From NCBI GenBank assembly GCA_965112155.1, contig OZ218103.1: DNA of 64,000 bases. One strand, 5' to 3'. Positions 51,306 through 64,000 of this stretch are shown one piece after another. This stretch comes from Podarcis liolepis. Lineage: Eukaryota. A program made the translations under genes and the position numbers. The notes under the pieces were generated by a model that saw nothing but the letters and a program-made list of their open reading frames with translations, did no database searches and had not been told where the DNA came from. Position 1 is the first letter of the stretch; each line of letters opens with the position of its first letter.

Positions 51306-51343
51306 GTATCTGAAGAAGTGTGCATGCACACGAAAGCTCATAC
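51306..51343 (+). ncRNA. Minimal hammerhead ribozyme motif, copy 3 (sense to UBE2U); predicted cleavage between 51339 and 51340
   Basis: GTAT 51306-09, CTGAAGA 51310-16, extra A 51317, stem II GTGTGCATGCACAC 51318-31, GAAA 51332-35, GCTC 51336-39, ATAC 51340-43. Confidence 0.8.
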
Positions 51344-52203
51344 CAAGAACTAACTTTTTTATTTTGACTATGGCAGACCAACACGGCTACCTATCTGTAA
51401 CTGCATATTAACTGTGCAGTTTAATAAGTGGGTGGCACGTTCTCATAGTCAAGGGTCCTCTGCCTGAATCACAGCCCCCAAAGTTCTGTATTATGAGGCT
51501 GTGAATACTGATAAATTGACGAGCAGAGATTGATGGTGGGTCACATAAGCCTTGGTTGGGTTTTTTCTTAAGTGTTTCATTATAGATAAAGACTACAAAT
51601 GAAGTGCGCACACTTTAGCACCAATGTGGTGCTGTTGTTGTTGTTGTGATTTATTTTAATACCTGGGCATATAACTATGTGCAGGATGCTTGATGAAGTG
51701 AAGACAGAGAAAGGGGAGGCAAATGAATGCGGAGATAGAAAGGGGAAGAGCATGGGATTGTTTCAATTGCACGAACTTAAGCTTAGTTAGAATGGAGTAT
51801 GCTGACTAGGGGGATGTTCCAAAGACTTAAAAGTTTGGAGGAACCTAGAACCTCCGGCTTTGAGTACATTAGTCAGTTTTCATCTTCTGCAATCTTTTGC
51901 TCCATAGGTGATAAAACATGTAGCACCTGGTCACTTGTAGCAAACTTCCAACAATACCTTCCAGCCCCTGTGACTCCAGCAAAATCCCTATATTTGATAT
52001 CAAGTTGTTGGGTTTTACTGACCTGAAGTCAACTTTGGTGTAAAGCAGTCTAAAATCATGTCAGCCATAGGTCCAGCCTTATTATTTTTATAATATCATC
52101 CATATAAAAATCAACATATATATTAGTGAGCATAAATGAAAGGAGTATTAGCTCACTGTATATGTGAGAATATATGTCTTTAAGCAGAGGCTTGACAACT
52201 ATA

Positions 52204-52272
52204 TGTCAGGAGTGCTCTGATGGTGTTTCCTGCTTGGCAGGGGGTTGGACTCGATGGCCCTTGTGGTCTATT
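52204..52272 (+). mobile_element. CR1 3' end with (ATTCTATG) tail
   Basis: ttcctgcttggcagggggttggactcgatggcc...ttccaactctatgattctatga. Confidence 0.85.
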
Positions 52273-52921
52273 CCAACTCTATGATTCTATGAGAAACATT
52301 TTCATCATTGCTACTATTTTTCTTCAGCAGGTCAAGAACATAATTGAGGATATCCATGCTTCTTCCACTGTACCCTTGTCAACATATTTCCTTATCTAAT
52401 AATGACTTACTAGCTATTCCTGACCCTACTATTGGTTAGAAAATATAATTTCTCTTACTATTCCATGTCTCTGTTTCTTGTCCTCATATAACCCATGTGC
52501 TCTGAGGCACAGCCCTCTTTCTGCTTTCACCTCAAAATCTGATGCCCAGATAACACATTTGGGTACAGCATTTACCAGCCACACAAGCCCCAAACACAGA
52601 ATATATATATATCAACCTTTGCATTTGCCACCCATCAGCCAGCCATGATACCAGACTCTTGGTGTCCTTTCCCACTTCTCTACCATATGACAGCTAAGGT
52701 AACTTTTTCTGTCCTTAAAACCTGAGTCGGTGTGCTTTTGCACTTGACTGCTCTTAGCCACTCCCATTCATTTTGATCGGGTTTGTCCAGGTGGCTTGTG
52801 CCTTAAGGCTTGTGTCTGAGATCCCAGGGTGATTTGATGAGCATTGGAAAGGAGACAGAAGGGTAAGAGGATGGCATGCATCACAAGATGGGGAAGCTTT
52901 TAATGTCTGACATTTTACTGT

Positions 52922-52993
52922 TTTTATATGTGCTGTAAGCTGCCCAGAGTGCCTGGGGAAACCCAACCAGACGGGTGGAGTATAAATAAGAAA

Positions 52994-53047
<54 letters not shown>
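52922..53047 (+). mobile_element. L2-type 3' end with (ATT)n tail
   Basis: aagctgcccagagtg...ccagacgggtggagtataaataa(ATT)n; homologous to 57455-57528. Confidence 0.75.
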
Positions 53048-56000
53048 TTATGATACAACATGCCTGGTGCAACATGCCTTTGGGAGTGACAGGCACTGAT
53101 CACTAGGGGGCCCACTGAATTTTGCTTCTCGCCTCTGGTTCCTAGGGATATGCATATACCACTTCTTCCTCATCTCCTTTCTAGTGAGAGAGAAATGAGT
53201 CAGGTTACTCACAGGCAGTTCTGGCCACCCTTGTCTTTCCTGTACGCAGCAGGAATGGCCATGATTGGACATACATGGTCATAACATCCCCACCCAGTGA
53301 CTTGGGTGGTGGAAAGCTTTCCAGCGCTGCTCCCTTCCTATGGGCAGCTATCCTTTGGCAACAACACAGTCTGTCTCTCACCATGTGCTTGTGCAGTGCC
53401 TAATTTGGGTGGGCTGTGATCTCAGCCAGGATTACCAGAAACTACAGCCCTATAAATACATTATATTTTGAGAATAACAGCTTGCTAGGGCCTCTGGTCA
53501 TCAAAGTGCTTTGTCCGATGCAAGGCCTGTTTACTGAGTGCATCTTGTGCTGCGATAATTACCTTGAAGTACAGGGCTGATAGTTCCAAATTTAAAAGAT
53601 AGTATTATCACAGATTTCTCAATCCAAAGTACTAGAGACATTGGGAGTTCTTAATCAAAAATAGGCTTTAAGCAAATGATCATTAACTCTGTGAGCAGAA
53701 CCAGGCTTTTCCGTTCTGTGCATTTTTATAGGCACTATTTTACTGCAGGCCTTTTTTATGAGTTCTGGGATCGTGAGGCTTAAAGAGGGGACACAGCCAG
53801 GATTTGGACGTGGGAGGAACAAAGTGTCAAGCTGAGCAGGGCTCCACATGCACATCTGGGACCATTTAGAGCATATTCTTTGTGTGTGTGGTGTGGTGTT
53901 TTTTTAAGTGCTCCAACCGATTATAGGCAAGTAGCAGCTCTGCCGAATGAAACCCAGCAATGTGAATGTGAGAAGAGTAAGTCAGTTGAGCTTACCTGAC
54001 ACTCCTGGATACTGTGACTAGCCTCAGCATGGGGACGAACAAACGTGGTGAAGCATGCTGGTATTTTGCCAATTTCAGCATTCTCATACTCTCCAGTCGA
54101 TGAAGTTTCATGCCGTAACTTTAACAGCCTGTTCCTAAAAAGAGACATCTGCACAGAATCACACCATAAGCGATTCACACTGGATCAGTTATATTGATTG
54201 GTGTGCTGTTCAGTTTTGACTGCAATGTTTTGTATGTGAAGAGGAGGGGTGCTATATTGGCAGGTACTATTTAAATGGGGAAATGCCCGCAAATTCACTG
54301 CTTTGCAGCAGCTGGCTCTGACAGTGCTGCTGCTACATTAAAGGAAATGGAGACCATGAGCTGCACCACCACATTTCTGCGACCCATAGAGCAACCTCCC
54401 TCCCTCCTATGTGAACTTGTAGGAGCAGGCACCTTAGCCTGCCCTCCTAAACCCGGCACACTAAAGCATACGTAATTCTGCTTCTCATGCTTAAAAAGAA
54501 ATGGTGGTTTTAAGTTTCACCATTACTTGGAGAATAGACACCCATACCTTAGAATAGAGCCCCATAAAATGATCATGTAAAAAACCAAAATTGGTGTGTA
54601 GTTGGGTGCAATACTATTTATGGATAAAGAATATGAAGAAATCCCTTCATGAAGGAAACCAGTGTAAATGCACTGATATCACTTATGGGCTTATATCTTT
54701 TGCAGTGAGAACTGGATTGCAGTGTAGTGTTCTTCAGCTCAATGTCCTCTAGAAGGCACTATATCACTGTGAAATTCACAGTTTTTTTATTCCTCTTAGG
54801 AAATAAGCCATTTGTAATTGCTTGATTTGAAGCCAGTTATCATCGTTTTCCTGCTCTTAATTATAAAAGTTTTTTTTTAATCATTTTAACACAATACAGT
54901 GCATCTTTTCGTGGGAAAGGATGTTTTGTTCAGTATGATGGAATTTACAAGTGAAGGACTGTCTCAAAATGTTTTTTTAAAAAAACCAAAAATACATCTA
55001 AAGAATATTGTTAAGTGTTGAATCCTGTGAAGAATTATGGCATCTAAACTTGGTATTTGAAAAGTTATTTACATAATGTCTTTATTAAATAAAATATTTT
55101 TAAAAGCATATACATAATAGGAGAAACACTCTGGAAGTTGCAAGAGAAATAAACAGGGTACCCAGGGGTGAAACTAGGCTTTATTTCACCCAGGTGAAAA
55201 AACCCAATCTGGCACCCACATGTGCATTTGTGTACATACACACATAGGCTGGGAGGCTTCACCTGGGGCAAAAAATCCTGGCCAGCCCCCCCGCCCATAG
55301 CTACGAAGGTACCACAGTGATCAGGACTGTATGAAATCACTGAATGACATACATTGGAGTCAGGTCAATATCAAGTGATCTAATTTACACTCTGCTTTGG
55401 AACATGTTTTTTTAAAGAGCCTGGCTAGCTTTTCAGATACTTTTTAATTCAATGACTTTCTAAAGAAATGCCTGAAGTAACTGATATTATAGTTTGAAAT
55501 CTTGTTTATTCTGTTATATTTTACTCCAAGAAGACCCATTTATCCTAAATAGCACCCAATAAGGCAGACATGTATGTATAAATTTTTTTTTTTTAAATGT
55601 GATCCCATTGAGATCCCAAGGTCTCAATTGCAGGTAGCTCTTAGAAATGTTAAATAATCAATAAAAAGTTTTTGACTTTTTAAACTCATATTAATTTTTT
55701 TAATCACTTGTACTTAAATACTAAAAAAATTGTAACTTAAAGTAAGTCCATCATGTGACATAGCACATTAAAGCCCATTAAGTTCTGAAGAGATTGGTGT
55801 TTTTAGTTTTGACATCTCTCAATTGGATGACATAAGGTAAAAAAGTTGGATCACTTGATATGGAATGACCCAGTACTGCTGTAACAGGGAACTGCAATAA
55901 CATTGAAATACACGTGTCTTGTTAACATTATTCACAGAAAAAGGCATTTAGTGTTAAATCTTAGTGGCTCCATTCCCCACTCTTTTAAATGCAGTCCTGA

Positions 56001-56119
56001 CCTCTCACTATAGCCAGTGCTAAAACTTTCCTCTATTTCAGCTCAGAATTGCACCCTGCACAGTGTATGTCAAAAACAAACTTGCATACTAGGGACTTCT
56101 CAACAAACCAATCCATGTA

Positions 56120-56334
56120 CAGTAGTACCTTGGGTTACATACACTTCAGGTTACAGACTCCGCTAACCCAGAAATAGTACCTCGGGTTAAGAACTTTGCT
56201 TCAGGATGAGAACAGAAATCGTGTGGCAGCAGCGGGAGGCTCCATTAGCTAAAGTGGTGCTTCAGGTTAAGAACTGTTTCAGGTTAAGAACGGACCTCTG
56301 GAATGAATGAAGTACTTAACCCGATTTACCATTG
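56120..56334 (-). mobile_element. Tigger-like MITE, family A copy 3 (reverse orientation)
   Basis: TA|CAGTAGTACCT...TACCATTG|TA; interior is the reverse complement of copies 1 and 2. Confidence 0.9.
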
Positions 56335-57374
56335 TATATACTGCTTACTTGCCAAAATGGCTTCTAAGAGGCTTACAAGTATAAAAACCAGTTATGAAAG
56401 TATTGACCCCACATAATTAAAATACACAATAAAGCAATTTCATCAAAACATTAAAATAAGCACCCATAAATAAAATGTACAAAATGCCATTAAAACAGCA
56501 CTGCTTAAAACCATAAGGAAAGTTCTAATCCGCATATCAACCAATATTCTAAAACGCCCCGAGAATGAGGCAGATAAATGGAAAGCTCTTTTACAGAGGA
56601 AGAAAACTTCCAAGAAACTGGGGGACAGATTTTGACTCAGCGCTCATTGAAACAATATGAGTAACCCTCTTTTAAGATTACCGCAAAGTCCTTCCGAGAT
56701 CTGACAGATGCAGAGCCTCCTACTCTGCTCTTCCCTCCCCCACTCTACATTTATGAGAGTGTTTCTGTTTTGACATGGTAATAATGACCTGATGAGAAGA
56801 GGCATACTGTGAGGATTAATAACAACTTGACAAGATGTGACTAATGATGATGGCAGGTTTGTTGAAGAAAACCCAAGTACCTTGGTCAGATAGTGCTGAG
56901 GAATGTAGAGGGTGTTTGAAAGTGCACACATGCAGGGCGATGTAGCAGGCACTAAGGGGGCTCTGACCTTTAGCTGGCTCACTAGTCATCAAAACTAGAT
57001 TCAGGGCAAGATAAACAGAATAGAAGCAGCCTGTGAAGCCACTAAGGGGGAAAAGAGGGGGAATGCTTGAAAACATGCGAAGGAGGAGCTAACCTGATAA
57101 GTTGTGCATCCTTTTGCATGGTTTTGTACGTTTTGTTGTACAGTATTTTGTGCCTTGTGATTTGCTGTTATTTTGTTGATTATAGATTAGTGATTCTTTA
57201 TTGCAATTGATAAGTGTAAACTGTTCAATTATTATTTGCTATTGTTTAATTTTGCCGTTTACTGTTGGATTTTAGTGGAATATTGGATATTTCTTTGTTT
57301 GTTGTAAGTTGTTTATTTTAAAGTTATTGTGACTTTTTATATAGGATCTGATTGTTACTATCAATGTTTGATGT

Positions 57375-57380
57375 ATTATT

Positions 57381-57428
<48 letters not shown>

Positions 57429-57528
57429 ATTGTTATTGTTATTATTATTATTTCTGTTGGAAGCTGCCCAGAGTGGCTGAGGCAATGCAGCTGGATGGGT
57501 GGGGTATAAATAATAAATTATTATTATT
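57375..57528 (+). mobile_element. (GTT)n/(ATT)n microsatellite plus L2-type 3' end
   Basis: Repeat at 57375-57451, then aagctgcccagagtggctga...gatgggtggggtataaataataaattattatt. Confidence 0.75.
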
Positions 57529-58768
57529 CCTATTGCCTAATACATTGCCACTGAATTCATGACCCCATTAAAATGGAACACAGTTGCCAGTCAAGGAGGT
57601 AAAGACAAAAAGCGAGGCCTCACACACTGGCATATGGATAACTTACACTCTTGCACCTAGTGACTAGCCTGACTCTTCCCAGCCAATCAGAAGATGCCTA
57701 GGCTGCAATTTTCCTGAGCTGAGAGTGACTCCAGGTGTATGTGTAATTTCACAGCTGTGGAATTCTTCCCAATTAGCATACTGGCCCTCTTTAGCCTTGA
57801 AGCCCTAGTGCCGACTAAGTAACACAGGTGTAATTAACGAGAGTGAGAGCAACTTGCTGAGAGAAAAACTGCTCTCTCCTGCGCTCACCTCTTTACCCAG
57901 AAGTCTGTGCTCCTCAGAGAACCAATGTTTGTGAACAAGGCCTAATACAAGACCCCTCAGTATTTCAACAACAGAGTTTCCTTCCAGAGGTAAGTCCAAC
58001 TTCGAGCTGCGTTCCCTGTGATAGATAGACATGTCACAGGTTTCTTCTTTCCTCGGGGTTCACCTACTGGTTTGAAAGTGCTTCTCTCAGTTAAATGTAC
58101 CTCCATCCCCCTTTAAAAAGCAGAATCAACCACAAAATGCTTGAGGGGAGAAATGGGCTAGAGATGTTGCCATCAGTTCTGACCGGTCAATGCTATGCAC
58201 AGCCAGTTTCTACCAAGAGGAAACAAGTTCCCCACATCCTGAAGGTGATGCGTCTGGAGGGAAAGCAGTGAGTGGGCTTCCCCATTCAAAATACCCATGC
58301 AGCTAAAGTGAAAACTGGGCTTGATTTGATGCGACTTCAATTGACTTGAAACACTCTCAGACTGTTTGTTTGCTTTCAACACCTTTCCCTCCTCCTGTAT
58401 GGTATAGTAAAAGTTTAGGTGATAAGTTTCCATAGGTACTAATGGTTAGACAGTGACTTTTTGATACAGAAGTGTTGCAGAACATTCAGAATACTAGGCA
58501 GTGGCTCAGATAATGTGTGTTTGGGAATCTTCTCACCTCCCAGCAGATGCAGACTGGGGATCTTTGTGAGAACAGAAGTGGATTATTGGGGTCTGTAAGC
58601 TTAACAACATTGCAGAGGTGCTGACTCTCCCCTGAAGATCTGTTTGTAGGAGCAGAAAGTTTTGGCTGTCTATCGGAATGATTAAGCGCCTTCACCTTTG
58701 TTTAATCCGTATATTACAGAATGCCTACCCCTATATTTGATTGTGTGAACAGGGCAAAACATGACATT

Positions 58769-59079
58769 TAGGCTGACCACATATCCTACCGTACAGTGGA
58801 CAGGTCTTTATTTGGAGGAGTGCTATATTTAAAGGGCTGTCCAGTCGAAGTCCAGTTTAAAGATGAAGAGCCATTAAGAGTGGAGAGCAGAGGTCTTCAA
58901 GTTGGCCACTAACAGTTAACACTTGGGCAGCACGCAGGTCACCAGATATTTCAATTTGTTGTAATTATTTCTGAATTTGCAGCGCTACTTATGAATCAAC
59001 ATATGCAAATTTGATACAAATGTTTTCCTCTTCTGCCTTTTTTAAAATGATTCATGGGGATACATAAGTGGCCACCCTA
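58769..59079. mobile_element. Possible hAT (Blackjack-like) MITE
   Basis: TIR TAGGCTGACCAC / GTGGCCACCCTA; TSD not preserved. Confidence 0.5.
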
Positions 59080-61210
59080 ACTGCATGGTAGGCGTGATGA
59101 AAAAGGGCACACATTGACCAATGTACATGTCATAAGTCAATAACTGACTTCTAATGGACCTCATACTCTCTTGCTGCTGGTGAATCTTCAGCTAAATTCC
59201 ACAGCTATCATCTTAGCATCTGTCTGTCTTGTTTTAACAGCCACATTGCTTTAAGAACTACAGTATGTGTCTCTGGGCTCCTGGTTTCAGACTGACTTGG
59301 AAGTGATACTCCTTCCTTCCTTGGCTGATGTGCTCCTGTGAAAAAGGACCAGGTTTTTTTGGAGGGGTGGTGGTTGAGGTTTGCATTCATTATACTTTCC
59401 ATTCAGATTCATTTTCACTTAATAGCACCTTTCATCACAATGATCTAAAGTGACTTTTTATATAAGAATGACTATTAAAGGAAAATAGGGCGAGGAGAAA
59501 GAGAGAGAGAGAGAAGCCAGCAAATGAGACATTTCTGTGCCACTTCTTACAGACATTTGATTCAACAAGTAATAAAGGCCAGCTGCTTTGTCTGAAGTGT
59601 CACAGCAGGGTGGAAACGAGTGTGGAAGAGGAGAGAGCTGCTGGCAAAGGAAGAGCTCTGCTGAACTCTGCCAGGGTTATTATTAAATGATTAAGTTTTC
59701 ACAAGAAGAAGAAAGGCTGTCTGCAGCAGTCCCAATGGCTGCAGGATAAACAGCTCAAGCCTTCAGCCAGCAGCAGCAGGAAATGGAAAGGGGGCACTAC
59801 CAGCCATCCTTAGGAAATGCGAGGTTGAACTCAACTTTTTTTAAAGGAAAGCTTATCTGGGCTCACCTCTCAGTCCAGACAGAGCCACTTGACTCTACAT
59901 GTGCCCTGTGGAAGGGAGACACACAGCTCCAAATGTGCTGTGGACACTTTAATTGTCATGAAGTGGGTCCAAGTACTGACTGATGTACTACACCTCCCTT
60001 TCAGACACTGCAGCAGTAAAGCATGTAAAGCCAGAGGTGCAGTGGTAGATTTTGAAGTGCAGGAGTATCTTCAGGATGAGCACCTCCAGGGAGAGTTCAT
60101 AGCCTTTCAAAAAACGCAAACAGCTGCATTGATCACGTGTTTGTGAGGGGGTAGGAGATGAATATATAAATTGCACATTTGTGTGCAGCATTTATCGTGG
60201 TCATCCCCAATCTCATGTTCTGGGCTACAATTCCAACATCCCTGCTGGTTTGCCAAAGGAATTTGTGGTCCAACCTTCTCCAATCTGGTGCCCTTCAGAT
60301 GTTTTGATTTAGCATAATATCCAATTTATTCAGGTCAGCTGGCAGTCATAAAATGGTAAACTGGCAAAAAAATGACTTTGCATGTTGGACTTTGGCTGGG
60401 AAGACCTGGCTGGCCATGAAGTTGGCTGAACTTGGTCCAGTCTTTGAGACTAGTCTACCTCACAGAGCTTTTATTATGAGGCTAAAGTGGGTTGCCCCAC
60501 ACCCATGCATGCCATGCTCAGCTCAAGTGCTCTGGCAAATGATCACATCACTTCCACTCTGAAAAAGTGTCCTGCAGTTGCATCACCTCACATTTCTCTT
60601 CCATGACTACATTCCCGTGGCTTTCCACAGGCTATCATATATTAACAACCATTATCAGTACTGTGATAAGGTAAGGGAATAATCCTACTGTGGTGCACAC
60701 AGTTCAATTTCTCTGCATAAATCATACAAGGTTATTTGCCACAGCTTTTATCCATCCCTAGAAAATGTGCATCACTTTTAAATGATTATTATAAATTGGG
60801 GGAGTGAGGCTAGGCCCAAGGGGTAATCCTAAATAGTGCTGAATAATATTGTCAGACATCCCTCCTGTATAATGTTTTCATATTCCAGGACAAAGTAGCT
60901 CCATAAAGCATCATGGATATTAAATCTGGTTCCTCAGAGCAGATCAAAATGTTCTTTAAAGGGTAATGTTTTGTTTAGCTGCCAATGCAAGATTTGAATT
61001 CAGGGCCACAGAACCCCACCCCAGACATAAACAAATACAACTGAGCTTATTCTTTCTACTTTTCATGTGACCGTAACTGAGACCATCTGTGTTAAGAAAC
61101 AATGTTTTGCCAGGGCTGAGGAATTTATTACCATTGTTTTAAAGAATAAATTGTGAAATCCATTGCATATTTTAACCATAACAATATACAGGATGTTGCA
61201 AGTCTCTCTC

Positions 61211-61211
<1 letters not shown>

Positions 61212-61246
<35 letters not shown>
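61212..61246. repeat. (ATT)n microsatellite
   Basis: Directly visible. Confidence 0.95.
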
Positions 61247-62972
61247 GTTCTTTCTCCACCCTATCCTAAGGGCTCCAAGAGGATTTACAATAATTTAACC
61301 CCCCCCCAAAAAAAATTAGAATTGCATGAGGTTGGTTTTTTTGTTTTTGTTTTAAATCCTCATAATGTTCAAAAAGATTTTTAAAAAGTAATAGCTAAAC
61401 CTGATCTTACACCCTAGCCACAGTGATAGAAACTCTGATTTTCTAGCAGTTGAAATGAAAGGTGGTGGCTGGTATTTTGATAATGGTGACATCTGATGAA
61501 CAGAATGAAAAACTTGAGTGAATGCACAGCACCAGTTCCACAATGAACATCCATGTGGAACTCATTTCCACTTTTGCAAAGATAGAAAATAATGGAGACC
61601 AGCAAATGATTGATGCTAAATAGAAACAAATCCTCCTAAAAGCACGAAGTGCCTAAAGCGCCCTTGCAGCACTGGAAATTGACTCAAATGAGATTTAATG
61701 TTGGATAATTATTAAAGACTGTGCACAAAATGTAATCCCATCCTTCCACAGCTTAAAGTACAAGGATGCAGAATCACCAGACCTCTTACTTACACACGCT
61801 CAGCAAAATAGATTTCAGAATCATGCTCCCCACTTCAGAATGGTTTTCACTGTTTTCTCTAGTTCATGTGGTCCCTCCTCCTTTTTGTATTGTGAAAAAA
61901 CAACAACAGTAGTGCTGTTGCATCATGGGATCATATCCTATCTTCAGCTGGTGTGCTGGTTCCTATATTGCTTTTACTGGTGCTTCAAAATGCAAGAGGT
62001 GCCTGAAAGAGAAGAGTGAGTAGCTGGCTAAAATCCTACTACTATTTGTTGCTCACCAAGAGGTCAGATTAACAGATGAGGGAAATGAGTAGGGAGGCAG
62101 GGTTATCGGAGGGAGGAAATGTGCCCCAGGAAACCATGACCCTAGCTGACATGCAGGTCAGGGAGGTGCCCCTATAAGCCCTTTCTCCTTTCTCACAGTT
62201 GCAGGAAGATTCATGCAGGAAGACGACTCAGAGGCTAGGAATATCTGGGACTGAGGAGCAGTGGGGCTGTGAGTGTGGGGCTTTGGGGCAGACATACAGG
62301 ACCCCATTCAGCAAAATGGGAACTCAGGTGCAGCATGCACCAATTTATCACATTTTGAAGGGAAGGAATTCACTTTATGATCCAGAGAGGACCCTTATTC
62401 CCACATAGGACCATTAATTCCAAAATTTCATAACTATACTATGACTGAGAATTTGTACAGCACATAGTCCGTTGCAGGGGGTTACACTAATGTCCCTTCT
62501 GTTTTGGTCCCTTCCCACTGTACAAGTGCTGAGGTAGACTAGAAAGAGGAGGCTGTATCAGGTCTGAGAATGAGGTAAAGGCACATTTAGAGCTGCCATC
62601 TGATTTAATGCAAAGTAATTATAAGCTTCTCGGCATCCCTCATTGCATCCCATGTATATAGTCATGGTTGACATGTGTGGCACTGCTATTGATGAAGATA
62701 TACTTTGAAAAAGAGCTAATTAATTCCATCTTAATCTATCATAGCTGATGAATCTCTCTCTCTCTTGTTACATCCTGCCTGGTTAAACTGGAAGTGTTTA
62801 ATGCCTTGGTCAGAGAACAGCATAAGGATGTGGCTGAGAATATTGTCCATGGTTTCTTAACAAGCAGATGTGCCCAATGTAGCCTAACATTTCCTCAGTT
62901 GCCATTCTCATCATGAAACTTGTGAGTCATGTCTTATTTGTGTAAACATACTGTAAGCAATCTCTGAGTGAT

Positions 62973-63330
62973 GTGAGATTCCAGGGGTTCCAGGCACTTA
63001 CCCAGGGTTCAATTACCACAGCAGAGACAGTGGTGTCTTTATGATATATGGTTTATTCACAGAGATATACAACCTGGGCCTACAGTGGAGGGGTTCACAG
63101 CCTTAACACCCCAAGAGGACCTTGCTTCTCCCATAGCCACAGCTTTGTATTTGAGGAGAAATCAGCCCTCTGCCTTCCTAGCTTCTTGCCTTACTTTTAG
63201 CTTCTACCTCACATACTCTTTGTCATGGAAGGGAAGGTTCTTGAGAGAAGAATAAAAAATTGGGACTCCAGACAACCTGTTCATTAGGCATTCATCCTGA
63301 TTCACTTGCACAAACCTTATGATAGACTTG
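62973..63330 (-). mobile_element. Possible solo LTR
   Basis: Starts TGTGAG; TTTATT (minus-strand poly(A) signal) at about 63052; layout resembles squamate LTRs. No TSD found. Confidence 0.3.
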
Positions 63331-64000
63331 TTGTTGTTTACCCACCCTTTACCTTAAGGTCCCGGGGCAGGTTACAACAATCTAATAAACAATATTTATA
63401 AAATTTAAAAAACTCAAAATAAGAAAGAACATAGTCATTAAAGAAAATAGGATGGGTCCTAAAAAGACACATCTCAAAACCAGTGTCTGGTTTTATTGAG
63501 CATTTGTTCGGAATATTCATTCTGAATGCATCCTGATTTGCTTACATAGTTAGAGACCTTCCCATCGATCGATCATCCATTCCATACTTTTCAGTCTATT
63601 TCCCTGACACTATCCCAATTTCAAAAAGTTACTTCTTGTTTTTAAGTGGATTTGTTACATCAGGGCAAGAGAGAGCTTTAATCTACTTTAATTGGGCAAG
63701 CCAAAATTTCTGGCATGTGCTTGAATCCATCCCACAGAATACTGAGAGTCTGGAGGTGACCTAGATTGCACCAAGGTTAAAAAAGAAAGGAGGGCTTTTC
63801 CTCCTCCTTCCCATAATTCCAAACACAGTTTGGTCCTGATTTCCCTTCCTACTTGGCAAGTAGGATGGCCAATGCTTGTATTTTGCTTTACTTAAAACAA
63901 CAACAACCCTGGTACCTGGACAGATCCTGGAACAGATCAAGAGCTGGCCCAAGAAAAGACCTGGAATGTAGCCTGAGCAGGTTTTGGCAGGCTCAAGTTG

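Larger units (their letters stand above)
51041..51400. mobile_element. Penelope-like element insertion with inverted pLTR structure
   Basis: 13-bp TSD CTGCATATTAACT (51028-51040 and 51401-51413). Minus-strand 3' part 51041-51302 begins with CAT TAT ACA TGA (...HYT*, resembling the end of vertebrate Penelope GIY-YIG ORFs); a plus-strand inverted copy occupies 51303-51400. Confidence 0.88.

Noticed and set aside
51041-51400. DNA transposon TIRs or a pre-miRNA hairpin
   Set aside because: The inverted repeat is internal and asymmetric, the TSD is 13 bp and the loop is 183 nt; a Penelope inverted pLTR fits better.
1-64000. Most short ORFs in the six-frame track
   Set aside because: Eukaryotic intron and intergenic DNA; many start at GTG/TTG, run through microsatellites (poly-L, poly-I, poly-C, ERER, KKER) or lie antisense to real exons, with no recognisable domains.

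Overview
Vertebrate (squamate, probably lacertid lizard; inferred from repeat families) genomic DNA. The + strand carries the last five coding exons of ROR1 (Frizzled/CRD, kringle, transmembrane, pseudokinase, Ser/Thr- and Pro-rich tail; stop at 20080) with a long AU-rich 3' UTR. It is followed on the same strand by a complete 10-coding-exon UBE2U gene (about 310 aa, 28210-50911, HPN motif and catalytic Cys89 intact), the same ROR1-UBE2U order as in human. All exon boundaries were read by hand and are GT-AG and phase-compatible. The rest is intron/intergenic DNA rich in transposon fragments (Tc1/pogo and hAT MITEs with TSDs, some nested; CR1, L2, BovB; tRNA-derived SINEs) and microsatellites. 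The most notable non-annotated structure is three identical 38-nt minimal hammerhead-ribozyme motifs carried by two young Penelope-like insertions. One lies in a ROR1 intron. The other is an inverted pair about 130 bp downstream of the UBE2U stop codon, forming a perfect 54-bp inverted repeat with one ribozyme in the sense orientation. Most ORFs in the supplied track are spurious.
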